Of a DNA stretch of 64,000 nucleotides, positions 40,901 through 50,166 are shown in pieces; the stretch's first letter is position 1; the number at the start of each line of letters is the position of its first letter. The position numbers were made by a program, and so were the translations under genes. Below the pieces are notes generated by a model. It was not told where the DNA came from, searched no databases, and was given only the letters and a program-made list of their open reading frames with translations. This DNA is from a virus (Duplodnaviria > Caudoviricetes). The stretch is from positions 96,001 through 160,000 of the IMG/VR virus record IMGVR_UViG_3300028603_000001; one strand, given 5' to 3'.

Positions 40901-41707
40901 TAATGAACTTGTTGTATTAGGGATATCTGTTAATTTCGCATAATCATCTGCATCTTCTAACTCAGATATCTTTTTAGGTATATCGCTGAGTGTTGCAAAA
41001 TTAGCATCATTTTCTAATTGAGATACTTTAGTTGGTATAATTGGCTTATTGCTTAAATCACCATAATCTCCGCTAAAATTCTTTATATTTAAATCTTCTA
41101 GTGATATATTACCTTTTATTTCGACATTATTTATTAAAGGTTTATTTTCTAAATCATTATAGTTACCACTAAAATCACTTTTACTTGTCCAGAAGCTTTT
41201 TTCTGCATCTGTTACAAATCTATGTGTTGGGTTTTCTATTATTTTATTTGCTGGTAAACTTGGTATATCAGAAGCGGATAAATCTGCTCCTCCTGTAACT
41301 AAACCTTTGCTGTCATATGTAATTTTAGTTTTTGTTGCACCTATGATATCTGGGTTTCTATCAACCTTATCGGATAATAGTGGAGTTAAATCACATGAAA
41401 CTTCTTCATGATCACTATTAGTTATAGTAAGTATATTATCAGTTAATTCTAAGCTAGTAACTCTCACACCACCTGTGATGTTAATTGTAGTTGAATCAAG
41501 AATATTACCTTTTGCTGCACGTAAATGCAAAGTAATGAAATCTTGACCTACTTCTTGATCAACTTCAATATATCTTCCAGTTTCAGTATCAAGTCTAAGT
41601 TTTAAAAAATTAGTGTTTAAATCATTAGATGGAGCGTCAATATTCGAAGCTGATGTGAAACCATTTTTAACATTAATGTTTGATGATGATTTAAATTCTG
41701 TTTTCAT
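37904..41707 (-). CDS. Long acidic fibre/stalk protein with many IPTK.SDL.ND.G[YF]IT repeats
   Basis: About 20 degenerate 19-22 aa repeats; also TKITYDSKGLVTGG, NPHNIT and QSDWNQ fibre motifs. Confidence 0.7.
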   Translation of the reverse strand: MKTEFKSSSNINVKNGFTSASNIDAPSNDLNTNFLKLRLDTETGRYIEVDQEVGQDFITLHLRAAKGNILDSTTINITGGVRVTSLELTDNILTITNSDHEEVSCDLTPLLSDKVDRNPDIIGATKTKITYDSKGLVTGGADLSASDIPSLPANKIIENPTHRFVTDAEKSFWTSKSDFSGNYNDLENKPLINNVEIKGNISLEDLNIKNFSGDYGDLSNKPIIPTKVSQLENDANFATLSDIPKKISELEDADDYAKLTDIPNTTSSLINDSGFITETDIPAIPAKLSELDNDSGYITENELPDIPTNISAFTNDAGYLTSTGLPDIPSHTSDLINDAGYITENDIPYIPQDLGDLTNDAGYAKVIDIPTDTSDLNNNSGYITGDALPTKTSQLENDDGFITLEDIPNIPAKLSDLDNDTGFITSEDLPENISELYNDAGYITVEDLPDISSFKTINNEEITGIGNISVQVPLVDEGINQNIKTINNQSILGAGTIDIQEPDVNKEYVDEELSKKQDLIDADNKLDYSLIDNTPEIPNIPDITIQGGVEEVDKYISEISIDSTDKHKIIVRKADLPQRFSGNYDDLTNKPVIPAKTSDLINDNDFATMSDIPVKVSDLENDAEFITLANIPTDLSSFNDDVGFALEEDIPTNVSELINDAEFITAEDIPYIPVKISDLTNDTGFITKYVNDLVNYKSTEDLNVLLEDKVDKEDGYSLTKNNLTDELKENYDDAYQHSLDAPDLYEPKNTNIQEHIIDQNNPHNITKATVNLENVDNVKQATKTEFDNYVNVTNSALGNKVPKERQIIGIDLVDNITITEFKTALGLATDSLSGLMSPQDKKALNDLVALFEDNPNEVVDTINEILAIFENYPEGEDIINILAGKVDKIEGYGLTQNDYDDSEKNKVQEAYAHSQEDHAPSDAQKNVQSDWNQTDTNADDFIKNKPAIEDIPDITIQDGDAEPGKYISQIEVDESDKHKINVTKADLPEVPEISTDIETDASIDNKTVSPKAVVDYVDQTISDIDIPTKISDLDNDEDFITKDYVDTVHFNLDELIPEVGSSYWLSESDIINEVFFGDSVLFNTFVNKTIRISVFCDGGSGGGSDLFIYLTSTVSGDITRYIYQRVTPSNKTYTVSLLYSEIETGWKWLTSYDANSGGGGVTDHNDLTGRDTAESHPMSAITDLSTGEDPYLDQKLKTTDEPEFAGISVTSDWKITADTEKLKLQQNNSGVHTDVMQVYLDQAPETPNAKVKIKAKTEIEMLDFGGW

Positions 41708-41742
41708 CTATACTCTCCTTTCCTGATTGTTTGTTTGCATTT

Positions 41743-42189
41743 TTAGTTTACTTCTGATAAGTTATCTAGTGTGATATTAAGTTTTAATTTTATAGGTGTA
41801 TTATACAGAACATTATCGACGGATTCAGGTTCCGCTTCAGGTTTAACTTTTATGATTTTTAATTGTACATATACATCTAATAAATTAGGTTTGAATTTTA
41901 GCGTATCTTCTGGAGATAATGTTAAAACTATTCTAGAACCTTCGTGTCCTGGATCTAAATTATCTTCAATAGCAAAATCATTGTTTATAGTTTGTTTATT
42001 TAGCACTACATTTAATCCTTGCCTGTAAATTATTTCTGCTTCTTCTATATCTGCAGATAAAAATGGTAGATCGAATATATGTGTACATGTAGCACCTATC
42101 GTTATGCTATCTTGTTCATCTTCTGGAACAGGTGGTCTATTATCTGGAAATTCTGTTTCTGTAAAATTAGACAAAAAATTATTTGGCAT
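41743..42189 (-). CDS. BppU-like structural protein
   Basis: LTLSPEDTLKF...VYVQLK; preceded by GCTAAATTA. Confidence 0.55.
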   Translation of the reverse strand: MPNNFLSNFTETEFPDNRPPVPEDEQDSITIGATCTHIFDLPFLSADIEEAEIIYRQGLNVVLNKQTINNDFAIEDNLDPGHEGSRIVLTLSPEDTLKFKPNLLDVYVQLKIIKVKPEAEPESVDNVLYNTPIKLKLNITLDNLSEVN

Positions 42190-42319
42190 TTTTATTAAGT
42201 CTCCATATCTTTTTTAATATTTTAAATGTTTTTATATCACATAATTTAGCAACAGAAACAATTTTAAAATAAAAAAAACGATCTTTCTATAAAGATCATT
42301 TTTCTGATTATTATTTTAA

Positions 42320-42619
42320 TTATTCTGGATCTTCAATAACAAAGTCTTCTGTTGATATTCCTGGACTTAATATTTGCACATAATTATTCCCCATATAGAT
42401 GTAAGCATCATTCAAATTATCTGTCGTATCTAGATAAATTTTACCTGTATCACCTGTAATAGGTATTGTAGTAGCAACATCCTCATAGAAAACACCATTG
42501 CTTAGATATCCAACAATAACATCATCTACAAAATCTGGTAGCTGATGCGCAGGAATTTTCCCATTGATTAAGTCGGCTTTCTTTTTTAATTTACTGTAAG
42601 TTATAATATCTAAAGGCAT
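42320..42619 (-). CDS. Small virion/fibre-domain protein
   Basis: KADLINGKIPAHQLPDFVDDV...GDTGKIYLD motif common in fibre proteins. Confidence 0.55.
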   Translation of the reverse strand: MPLDIITYSKLKKKADLINGKIPAHQLPDFVDDVIVGYLSNGVFYEDVATTIPITGDTGKIYLDTTDNLNDAYIYMGNNYVQILSPGISTEDFVIEDPE

Positions 42620-42630
42620 ACATTATCTCC

Positions 42631-42867
42631 TTAATATTCATCATCTTCGTAATCATCTTCGTAATCAAATTCGTCGTCATCTTGTTCCTCATATTCAACA
42701 TCAACATCCGATACTTCGAAATCCTTAGCATAACCATTTAATGCGATATCTGAAAATGACATCATTTTAAACTTTTCTAATGCTTCTTCATATGAATCAG
42801 CTTCAATTTCCAATCCTCTTATCCACGCATTTAAATTAAAATCAAACGTAAAAGTTTTTTCGCTCAT
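42631..42867 (-). CDS. Hypothetical acidic protein
   Basis: SD GGAGGT; IEADSYEEA motif. Confidence 0.55.
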   Translation of the reverse strand: MSEKTFTFDFNLNAWIRGLEIEADSYEEALEKFKMMSFSDIALNGYAKDFEVSDVDVEYEEQDDDEFDYEDDYEDDEY

Positions 42868-42882
42868 AATTATAACACCTCC

Positions 42883-43095
42883 TTAAAATAATACCCATTC
42901 ACCCGTGTATTTTCCATCTCCTGCTGGTGTTACTTTTAATAAATATACATCTCCACTGTCCATTTCAATAAATACACTTCCATTACTTACAATATAATTA
43001 ACATTACCATTTACAAGATTTACTCCTAATGGTTTTGTGTCTGTTGATAATCCTCTAAATTCATATAGATGCTCGTTTGTTACTGATGTGATCAT
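42883..43095 (-). CDS. Small structural hypothetical protein
   Basis: GLSTDTKP...NGSVFIEMDSG motif; follows GCTAAATTA. Confidence 0.55.
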   Translation of the reverse strand: MITSVTNEHLYEFRGLSTDTKPLGVNLVNGNVNYIVSNGSVFIEMDSGDVYLLKVTPAGDGKYTGEWVLF

Positions 43096-43216
43096 ATAAT
43101 ATCCTCCAAATTATTTTTATCTTTTTATTATCAATTAATTTAGCAATTTTATTTGCGTAATGATTCTAATAAAAATGAAGTTCATACTCAAGCTATTACT
43201 TAATTATGGAATAACT

Positions 43217-43567
43217 TTAAATATCAGTGTCCTGAACATCCTCATTTAAGATTATCTTTTTTTTCACAGGTTTATTATCTGCGTGTTCGCGATATAATTC
43301 AATAAGATTCATTATAGAATAAACAGCTAAATCCTTGAAGGTGTCTTCTAAACTCTCAAATTCGTTTTTGCCACTTCTAATTATATTTGTTGCTCTAGAC
43401 AACTTATTATGTAAAGGAACTAAACCCGCAATTGAACCTAATTCTTTATATAACTTTTCAAAACTGTTCCCATAATTAGAGTTCTTTTTCTCAAACAACT
43501 CAACCATCTCAAAGACAATTTTTTTAAATATTTCTACATCAGTCATTTTATATATCTCCGTTACCAT
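43217..43567 (-). CDS. DUF1599 / nucleotide-modification-associated domain protein
   Basis: KKNSNYGNSF...K..R...ESLEDTFKDLAVYSIM. Confidence 0.75.
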   Translation of the reverse strand: MVTEIYKMTDVEIFKKIVFEMVELFEKKNSNYGNSFEKLYKELGSIAGLVPLHNKLSRATNIIRSGKNEFESLEDTFKDLAVYSIMNLIELYREHADNKPVKKKIILNEDVQDTDI

Positions 43568-43569
43568 TA

Positions 43570-44082
43570 TTATCTACACTTTATCAAACCATATTCATCT
43601 GTATGTCTTTTATATATAATTGAAATATTATTATCATCATTAATATTTTTAAACACGTAGAAGGAATAGTCTGTTAATTCTAGCTCATCAATTGCTTCTT
43701 CTAATGATATTGGTTTTAAATCAAATATTTTTTCTTTTGTGATAGCAGGAAACATACCTGTATCCTCAATTCCTAAATCAAAAATACTTAGTTGTTTTTT
43801 TCTTTTTCTAGAATCAACTTCTTTTTTGTTAAACTTAATAACTGCTTTCTTTATTTTAGAAACTGCTTCAACGTACGCTGTATAGAAGTCACTGTTAGTA
43901 GCTTGAACTCTAAATTTATCTACAGTTAAATCAATTTTTATTTTATCGTTATTTAATTTAGTTAATTTTACTTCTGAGCGTTCAGAATTTGGAACTATCT
44001 TATTTAGCTTCTTTTCAAACGTATCTTCAACAAAACTCTTCATTGACTCTGTAAAGGTAATTTTATCACTTATAAATTTCAT
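43570..44082 (-). CDS. hpf: Ribosome hibernation promoting factor (long HPF)
   Basis: N-terminal S30AE-like region (DFYTAY) and C-terminal KPISLEEAI...FYVF.N......IIYKR....YGLI. Confidence 0.85.
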   Translation of the reverse strand: MKFISDKITFTESMKSFVEDTFEKKLNKIVPNSERSEVKLTKLNNDKIKIDLTVDKFRVQATNSDFYTAYVEAVSKIKKAVIKFNKKEVDSRKRKKQLSIFDLGIEDTGMFPAITKEKIFDLKPISLEEAIDELELTDYSFYVFKNINDDNNISIIYKRHTDEYGLIKCR

Positions 44083-44260
44083 ATTGTAATCTCTCCTTAT
44101 TTTTTAAAATCAATCTTATAATTTTCTTGTAATACCTTAATATTATTTTTACACCAATTATAAAATTGTTTTTCTTCTAATTCATCCATTTTTATTAATA
44201 AGCTTTTAAGCAAATATTCGGATGATGAATACATTATTCTTTACTGCTTTCATATGTTAT

Positions 44261-44608
44261 TTAGTTGTTATTAGTATTAACTTCTTCTTCAGGTGTTTCT
44301 TGCTCTACTTGTGGGTTATAAAACATGATATATTTCTTATCAAATCCTCCCGCAACCTCTAACCTTTTGTCATATTCTTCTTTGAACTTTTCTTCTCCAA
44401 CTGATGCTTTTACAAGAGCATTTATAACGGTTTGTACGTCTACTAACTCTGTTAGAGAGCTTTTTTGTAAGAATTCGTTAACTTCTTCAACTAACTTCTC
44501 TTTTAATGCGAAAATATACAACTCAATGTTTTCTATAGAAGCGTAATCACATATTTGATTTGCTTCTTTCATAATTTGTGGAACATTATCTCTAATTAAT
44601 TTATGCAT
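44261..44608 (-). CDS. MazG-like nucleotide pyrophosphohydrolase
   Basis: KLIRDNVP...LKEKLVEEVNEF...ELVDV...GGF. Confidence 0.8.
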   Translation of the reverse strand: MHKLIRDNVPQIMKEANQICDYASIENIELYIFALKEKLVEEVNEFLQKSSLTELVDVQTVINALVKASVGEEKFKEEYDKRLEVAGGFDKKYIMFYNPQVEQETPEEEVNTNNN

Positions 44609-44647
44609 AATTATATACTTTTTACCTTTCTCTTTATTTTTATTATC

Positions 44648-44962
44648 TTATAATTTTAAAATTTGTCTTACGCTTAAATTATCAATAAAAGCTTTTTCTT
44701 TATTGCGTAAGATTATTTCGGCAACTTCTTCAAAATTAGTTGCAACGTTTTCAACAGTTTCATCATCTCGTATATCCATATACGAATCAAAATCTATTTC
44801 AATTAAATCTGGAGATGAAAAATCTTTTTTAGTATACAGCGCGTAAATAAAAAATCTCTTATCTTCTGTAAAAAATAAACTGTAAGAACTTTTGTCTATT
44901 GGATATCTTCTCTTTCTACCAGTTATATCTAAAATAGTAGTAAATTTTTTTCTCATAGCCAT
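44648..44962 (-). CDS. Hypothetical protein
   Basis: ORF in operon. Confidence 0.5.
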   Translation of the reverse strand: MAMRKKFTTILDITGRKRRYPIDKSSYSLFFTEDKRFFIYALYTKKDFSSPDLIEIDFDSYMDIRDDETVENVATNFEEVAEIILRNKEKAFIDNLSVRQILKL

Positions 44963-44965
44963 TTT

Positions 44966-45229
44966 TTATACCTCATATTTCTCAATAAACAACGAGATAT
45001 TAAAATTATTTTTTGAAATTTTTGACATTGATGTTGTTTTAGTGGTGTACATTGGATTAACAATACTTTTGTCAGTAGTAGTATCCGATAGTCCACCTTC
45101 TTTTTTAATCACATGTAATAAAGCTGCTGCTAATTCTGTGCTTGAGTAATCTGTTAGCTCTTTTTGTTTTTTAAGACTTTCTTTATACTTATCAAACTGC
45201 AGCTCATCCATTTCCACGTACAATTTCAT
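44966..45229 (-). CDS. Hypothetical protein
   Basis: ORF with SD. Confidence 0.5.
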   Translation of the reverse strand: MKLYVEMDELQFDKYKESLKKQKELTDYSSTELAAALLHVIKKEGGLSDTTTDKSIVNPMYTTKTTSMSKISKNNFNISLFIEKYEV

Positions 45230-45244
45230 TTATCTACATCCTCT

Positions 45245-45463
45245 CTAATAAAATTTTTGCTGAGTTTTTTTATTTAACTTTCGCATTAGTCTCTGATGTT
45301 TTTCAGATTTCAATTTTCTTTTGATGCTTTTGGGCAAGAAATATTCTCGTTTTCTTACCTCATCCATTGTTCCTGCTTTTGCTATATCTTTCTTGAAACG
45401 CTTAAGCATTTGTTCTACATCAAGAATATTTCCGAAACGATCTCTGTTTGTGATCTTGGGCAC
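45245..45463 (-). CDS. rpsU: 30S ribosomal protein bS21
   Basis: EQMLKRFKKDIAKAGTMDEVRKREYFLPKSIKRKLKSE. Confidence 0.88.
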   Translation of the reverse strand: MPKITNRDRFGNILDVEQMLKRFKKDIAKAGTMDEVRKREYFLPKSIKRKLKSEKHQRLMRKLNKKTQQKFY

Positions 45464-45648
45464 TAATTGTTCACCACCTTTTTTATTCTATCTAGTAACT
45501 TATTTTTATTACTAATATAATATACAATAAAAATGATTTATTTTATCACCGATCTTAATAACATCTTTAAACATATAAAGATATTAAAAGATTATAAAAC
45601 AATATGAGCACTTAAATTTACTAAATAAACTATAATGAAAAAGAGTAT

Positions 45649-45677
45649 AAAAAAGGCTTTCTATAAAAGCCTTTTTA
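45649..45677 (-). terminator. Intrinsic terminator
   Basis: AAAAAGGCTTT-CTATA-AAAGCCTTTTT. Confidence 0.7.
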
Positions 45678-45721
45678 TAATATATTCTAACTAATTGATT
45701 AATATCGATTCTTTTGACTTA

Positions 45722-46759
45722 TTACATAGGTCCATCTCCACCAGCAGAATAAAAGTACTCTCTATAAGTAGGTGCGGTACCAAGATCGTATATGGGTTCA
45801 GATATTTTCTCAACTACAAATACAAGATTTCTCCATGTCATTCCAGCTCCAGTTGTTACAGTTAATGTTCCTGAACCACTTACTGTTCCTGGTGAGGTGC
45901 TTTTCTTTAATAAGCTGGCACCTACATTTATACCCATTAAATTAAACTCATTCATCCCATCACCCTCGAAGTCTGCTATTATTTCTAGCTTTCGAGGTAG
46001 ATTTGCGTTATATATATCAATTGAACTTGGGGTACCGGGATAGTTAAATTCTAATATAACCCATTTATCTCTATAGTCTGATAAATCAACTGGCGAAGTA
46101 GACGGGCTGATTACTATAGGGTTAGCAAAACCATCATTGAGAGTAACCATATCTTTGAAAAAAAGGTCTTTACGCTCAATCACCTCTCCCATCATACTTA
46201 CATGAATATAATTAATTGTTTCAGGAGCTATCAAAGCAGCTTTATAATGATCGTTCATTTTTAAAAGTGATATAAGGAATGCACTCCCACCTGAAGCAGA
46301 AAAACCGAAACTGTATAAACCTGATGGTAATTGATTCGTAAGTATATGTGAAATAATTGCTGTCTCGTTACTGAATAGACCTAGATCAGTAATTGGTGCA
46401 TTATTTATTAATGAGTAATCTAACTTATTATCAACATCTATTGAATCTTGTTTTTTATCTACTTTGTCATCTACTTGAGACTCAGTTTGATAACCACTGT
46501 CGTTTTCTAATTCACTTACCTTAGTAGGCACAGCAGGAATATCATTTTCTGTTATAAATCCAGCATCATTAACTAAATCACTAGTATTAGTAGGGATAGC
46601 GGGAATATCTTCTAGAGTTATAAAACCAGAATCATTAATTAATCCATCTAATTCATCTAGTTTACCTGAAATGTTTCTTCCTTTATCATCTCTAATAGCT
46701 GCGTCTACTATAATTGGATTTCCTTTTATTTTCATTTTTTTGTATGTTACTTCAGCCAT
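45722..46759 (-). CDS. Fibre-like structural protein sharing stalk repeats with 37904-41707
   Basis: LINDSGFIT and SELENDSGY repeats, DNKLDYSLI; late motif upstream; SD before MAEV. Confidence 0.65.
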   Translation of the reverse strand: MAEVTYKKMKIKGNPIIVDAAIRDDKGRNISGKLDELDGLINDSGFITLEDIPAIPTNTSDLVNDAGFITENDIPAVPTKVSELENDSGYQTESQVDDKVDKKQDSIDVDNKLDYSLINNAPITDLGLFSNETAIISHILTNQLPSGLYSFGFSASGGSAFLISLLKMNDHYKAALIAPETINYIHVSMMGEVIERKDLFFKDMVTLNDGFANPIVISPSTSPVDLSDYRDKWVILEFNYPGTPSSIDIYNANLPRKLEIIADFEGDGMNEFNLMGINVGASLLKKSTSPGTVSGSGTLTVTTGAGMTWRNLVFVVEKISEPIYDLGTAPTYREYFYSAGGDGPM

Positions 46760-46911
46760 ATTCTTTTTCCTCCATATAGACATTTGTTTTTTTTATAATT
46801 TATTTTTTATATCAATTAATTTAGCACAGCTTTCAAATAGTTATGATAAATAAAAAAAGCTATAATTATTATTTTATAGCTTTTTATCTCATATTATTTT
46901 TTTTTTGTCTG

Positions 46912-47955
46912 TTATACAGCTATTGTTCTTTCAGCGTTATATTTAGTAATACCTAATTCTTGATCATTCCATTTAGCTTCATCGCCATATACTGCTAAGT
47001 ATTCTTTTCTGATATTTGCTGCAGCACCTTCTGGGTTACCATTCAACGCTTGATCTACATATTTAGCACAGCATTTAGACCAAAATGTGATATTATCATC
47101 CATATATTTCGGATCAACTTTAAAACCAACGCTCCTTGCTTCCCAGGCATCGCTTGGCATATTTCCAGTTATAAATCCATGTAAACCATGTCTAATAGCG
47201 TATGAAGAAGCGTGGCACCAGATTAAAAATAACTTTTTACCTTTTAGATATTTTGCTTCTCCATCACCGATAACATATCCACCGCCCTGCACATTGATCA
47301 ATCCACCAGGTGTTCCATGACCTAAACAAATAATCTTATCATGTGATTCTAGTAATTGATGAAGTTCTTCCTTATCGATGTTACCATCTCTCAAAACATC
47401 CCAATTTTTTCCTTCATATATTTGTGATAACATATTAGTGGTATTATCTAAGCAATGTATTACTAAAGTATCAGATTTATTTAATTTATCTAAGAAACCT
47501 GTTGCTTTGACTGGTTCAAAGAAATGTTTGTTATTAATATATTCTCTATCTATGCTAAATAAATCATCATATTCTTCTTCATCATCAAAATATTCTTCTT
47601 CATCATCAAAATATTCTTCATCATCAGGTTCAGAGAAAAATAGATCTATATTAGAATCATTTTTGTTTTTCTGCTTCGGTTGTTTTTTTGCTGTTTCATC
47701 TTGAACAATCTGGTCAAAAAGAGCTTTTGTATAGCTTTTTTCATAAATAGCAGATGGCATAACTAAACAATTCTCTGAAGAGAACCAGTGGTCAATGAGA
47801 TGATCTAAATTATCAAATACTTTATACTCAAAATTGCTCTTATTATGTTTTTCTTGAACAAGTTTAAATTTGCCAATAGTTTCTACAATAGTATCATCAT
47901 CTTTTTCATCATCCCAAAAAGGATCTATCAATTTATTTTTGTAATTATCTCTCAT
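46912..47955 (-). CDS. Hypothetical protein with candidate caspase-like His-Cys domain
   Basis: ICLGHG...FLIWCHA; acidic 7-aa repeats. Confidence 0.45.
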   Translation of the reverse strand: MRDNYKNKLIDPFWDDEKDDDTIVETIGKFKLVQEKHNKSNFEYKVFDNLDHLIDHWFSSENCLVMPSAIYEKSYTKALFDQIVQDETAKKQPKQKNKNDSNIDLFFSEPDDEEYFDDEEEYFDDEEEYDDLFSIDREYINNKHFFEPVKATGFLDKLNKSDTLVIHCLDNTTNMLSQIYEGKNWDVLRDGNIDKEELHQLLESHDKIICLGHGTPGGLINVQGGGYVIGDGEAKYLKGKKLFLIWCHASSYAIRHGLHGFITGNMPSDAWEARSVGFKVDPKYMDDNITFWSKCCAKYVDQALNGNPEGAAANIRKEYLAVYGDEAKWNDQELGITKYNAERTIAV

Positions 47956-48202
47956 TTTATACTTACCTTTCTAATCTATGTATTTTTTTTAGTAATCTTC
48001 ACATCATATTATACAAGATATTTGAATTTATATTAATACTTTTCTGGGTTACTATTTGACATCTTTTAGATATTTCTTTTATTTGATTTTGTCATACCCA
48101 TTTAATTTAGCAAGTTTTTACTATAGCTATAAAAGTAAAAAAAAGATAATTATATTTAACTCTAATTATCTTTTATTTTTAACTGCTGCTTATTATTTTT
48201 GT

Positions 48203-48454
48203 TTATAACCAGGTAATCGAATTCTGTGCTTCTCTGATATTCTTGCTTACCTGGTAATTTTTGCCTTTAACAATATCAGCCATTGTTGTTTTTAAATTAG
48301 CAACTTTAGACAATTGGCTATCTCTTAAAGTCATCATTAATGTTTTGTCGCCAGATTTTTTGCCAAGAATGAAACTTTTATGATTACCTTTTGTTTTTAC
48401 AGCACCTAAAACTTTCCAATTTTCAAAAACTTTGTGTAGATATTTACTTCGCAT
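48203..48454 (-). CDS. Small basic hypothetical protein
   Basis: SD AGGAG, own promoter motif and terminator. Confidence 0.55.
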   Translation of the reverse strand: MRSKYLHKVFENWKVLGAVKTKGNHKSFILGKKSGDKTLMMTLRDSQLSKVANLKTTMADIVKGKNYQVSKNIREAQNSITWL

Positions 48455-48514
48455 ATGTCACACTCCTTTTACATTATAATATACAATGTTTTAGAGCGTA
48501 TTTTTATCGTTTAA

Positions 48515-49303
48515 TTAATCTATTTTTTCTTTTGGTATAACTATATTTAAAATTAAATCTGGAAACTCATCATTATATCTAGTAATCCAATATGTTTCTC
48601 TATCTCTCAATATCTTCCTATCTTCAACAACTTCTATAATTTCAAAAATATAATCGCTTATATTGTGTATAGAAAAGCGCTCAGTTAATAAATGTTGACC
48701 CCATCTAAATATTGGTATATAAGCTGTTTGGCCTATATAAAACTCACTAGTGGATTTTTTAGTTATTTTATAAATATAACCACCTCTTGAACTAGATGTA
48801 AAGGTATCTTTGGTGATAAAAACATCTGGGATAAAATCATCATCGGCGTATTTTAAAGCTGATTCATCTTCTAGCATTTTTATAATATCTTGCTTATGTT
48901 CTAATTCACATGTTTTAGAACAAAAACATAAATCGGTTATATATGTTTGATAGTTATTTAATATTTCCGGTAAGATATTATTATTCCTGAATTCATAGGT
49001 TCCTTGATATTTATGTAAAAGTTTCTGATTGCTTTTAAATGTTTTTTTACAATGGCTACATTCAAATTCAAGTATTGTTAAATAATTTTCAGGGTTGTAG
49101 CAATTATCAGAGATTGTAATGCAGTATATGTCACCGTCTTTCAGTTTTCCATTATTAGCGAATTTTATATTTGGATATAATAATCTTATATTTTCCTTAA
49201 ACGCTTCCCTTGACTCTGCTATCATAACTTCTTGATTTAAAATAGAATCAGATCTTTTAATCTTGCCTATATTTACTTCATATATTCTGTAGATAAAATT
49301 CAA
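48515..49303 (-). CDS. Protein with Zn motif and C-terminal GIY-YIG nuclease
   Basis: CSHC...FCSKTC; GYIYKITKKSTSEFYIGQT...RW..H...RETYWI. Confidence 0.75.
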   Translation of the reverse strand: MNFIYRIYEVNIGKIKRSDSILNQEVMIAESREAFKENIRLLYPNIKFANNGKLKDGDIYCITISDNCYNPENYLTILEFECSHCKKTFKSNQKLLHKYQGTYEFRNNNILPEILNNYQTYITDLCFCSKTCELEHKQDIIKMLEDESALKYADDDFIPDVFITKDTFTSSSRGGYIYKITKKSTSEFYIGQTAYIPIFRWGQHLLTERFSIHNISDYIFEIIEVVEDRKILRDRETYWITRYNDEFPDLILNIVIPKEKID

Positions 49304-49311
49304 TATATTAT

Positions 49312-49866
49312 TTACTCCTTAGCTTGATTATTTAAGAAAGTTTTTATCGTATCTAAATATTTTTCAATAATTGTTTTTGTTTTAGGATTAAGATCTTTCT
49401 TTTTATCGTGTTGAACATCAGAGTCATAAAAATCAAACAGTTCGTATAAGTTATTATTTTTCCAACCAAAGCTCCACCAATCACAGATCATCTCAATAAT
49501 GCTTTCTTGGTCCATTTCTGCACCTTTCCAATATTGAGGGTGATGCGAATTAGTCTCATAATGATGTTTCCACGCTTTTTGAAACTCTATATCATCTTCT
49601 GTTTTTGTTCCTTTTGTCTTGCCATAAAAATGTTCTGCATAAGGCATAAATTCTTCTTCACTGTATTTTGAAGCATCATGATTTTTAATCATTTCATCTA
49701 ATTTGTCTATATCACAATCTTTTAATATTTCAGGTAAATTCTTTTTTATAAATTCATAAGCTTTTTTAACATTTCTTAAATGTTCAAGAATATATTTTTC
49801 ATATTCTTTTTTAATTGATTCGGTTGTATTATTTTCTACAACGCTTTCTTTGATTTTTAATTTCAA
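49312..49866 (-). CDS. DUF5662-like HD-type hydrolase
   Basis: EH...HDASK...HH...N.HHPQYW...EMICDW. Confidence 0.7.
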   Translation of the reverse strand: MKLKIKESVVENNTTESIKKEYEKYILEHLRNVKKAYEFIKKNLPEILKDCDIDKLDEMIKNHDASKYSEEEFMPYAEHFYGKTKGTKTEDDIEFQKAWKHHYETNSHHPQYWKGAEMDQESIIEMICDWWSFGWKNNNLYELFDFYDSDVQHDKKKDLNPKTKTIIEKYLDTIKTFLNNQAKE

Positions 49867-49891
49867 TTTACAGTCTCTCTTTCTAACTAAA

Positions 49892-50164
49892 TTAATTCTC
49901 TTTCACATCGCTGCCTTTTAGGTTATCCTTTTTGTATTTCAAATTTAAGTCATTTAAATATTTGGATATAACATCTAAACATTTGGCATCTAATACAATA
50001 CCAGCAGCAGGAAAATAGCTGTATTTACGAAAAGCTGGAAACCATTTAATTTCACCTAAACATGCTTCTGTATCTTTATTAAATAACTTTATATCATCTG
50101 TTTTCTTTTTTTTGATTTGAGATAATTTTATAAAGGTGATATAACCTATTGTCAATACTTCCAT
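49892..50164 (-). CDS. Hypothetical protein
   Basis: LGEIKWFPAFRKYSYFP conserved phage-type motif. Confidence 0.55.
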   Translation of the reverse strand: MEVLTIGYITFIKLSQIKKKKTDDIKLFNKDTEACLGEIKWFPAFRKYSYFPAAGIVLDAKCLDVISKYLNDLNLKYKKDNLKGSDVKEN

Positions 50165-50166
50165 AA

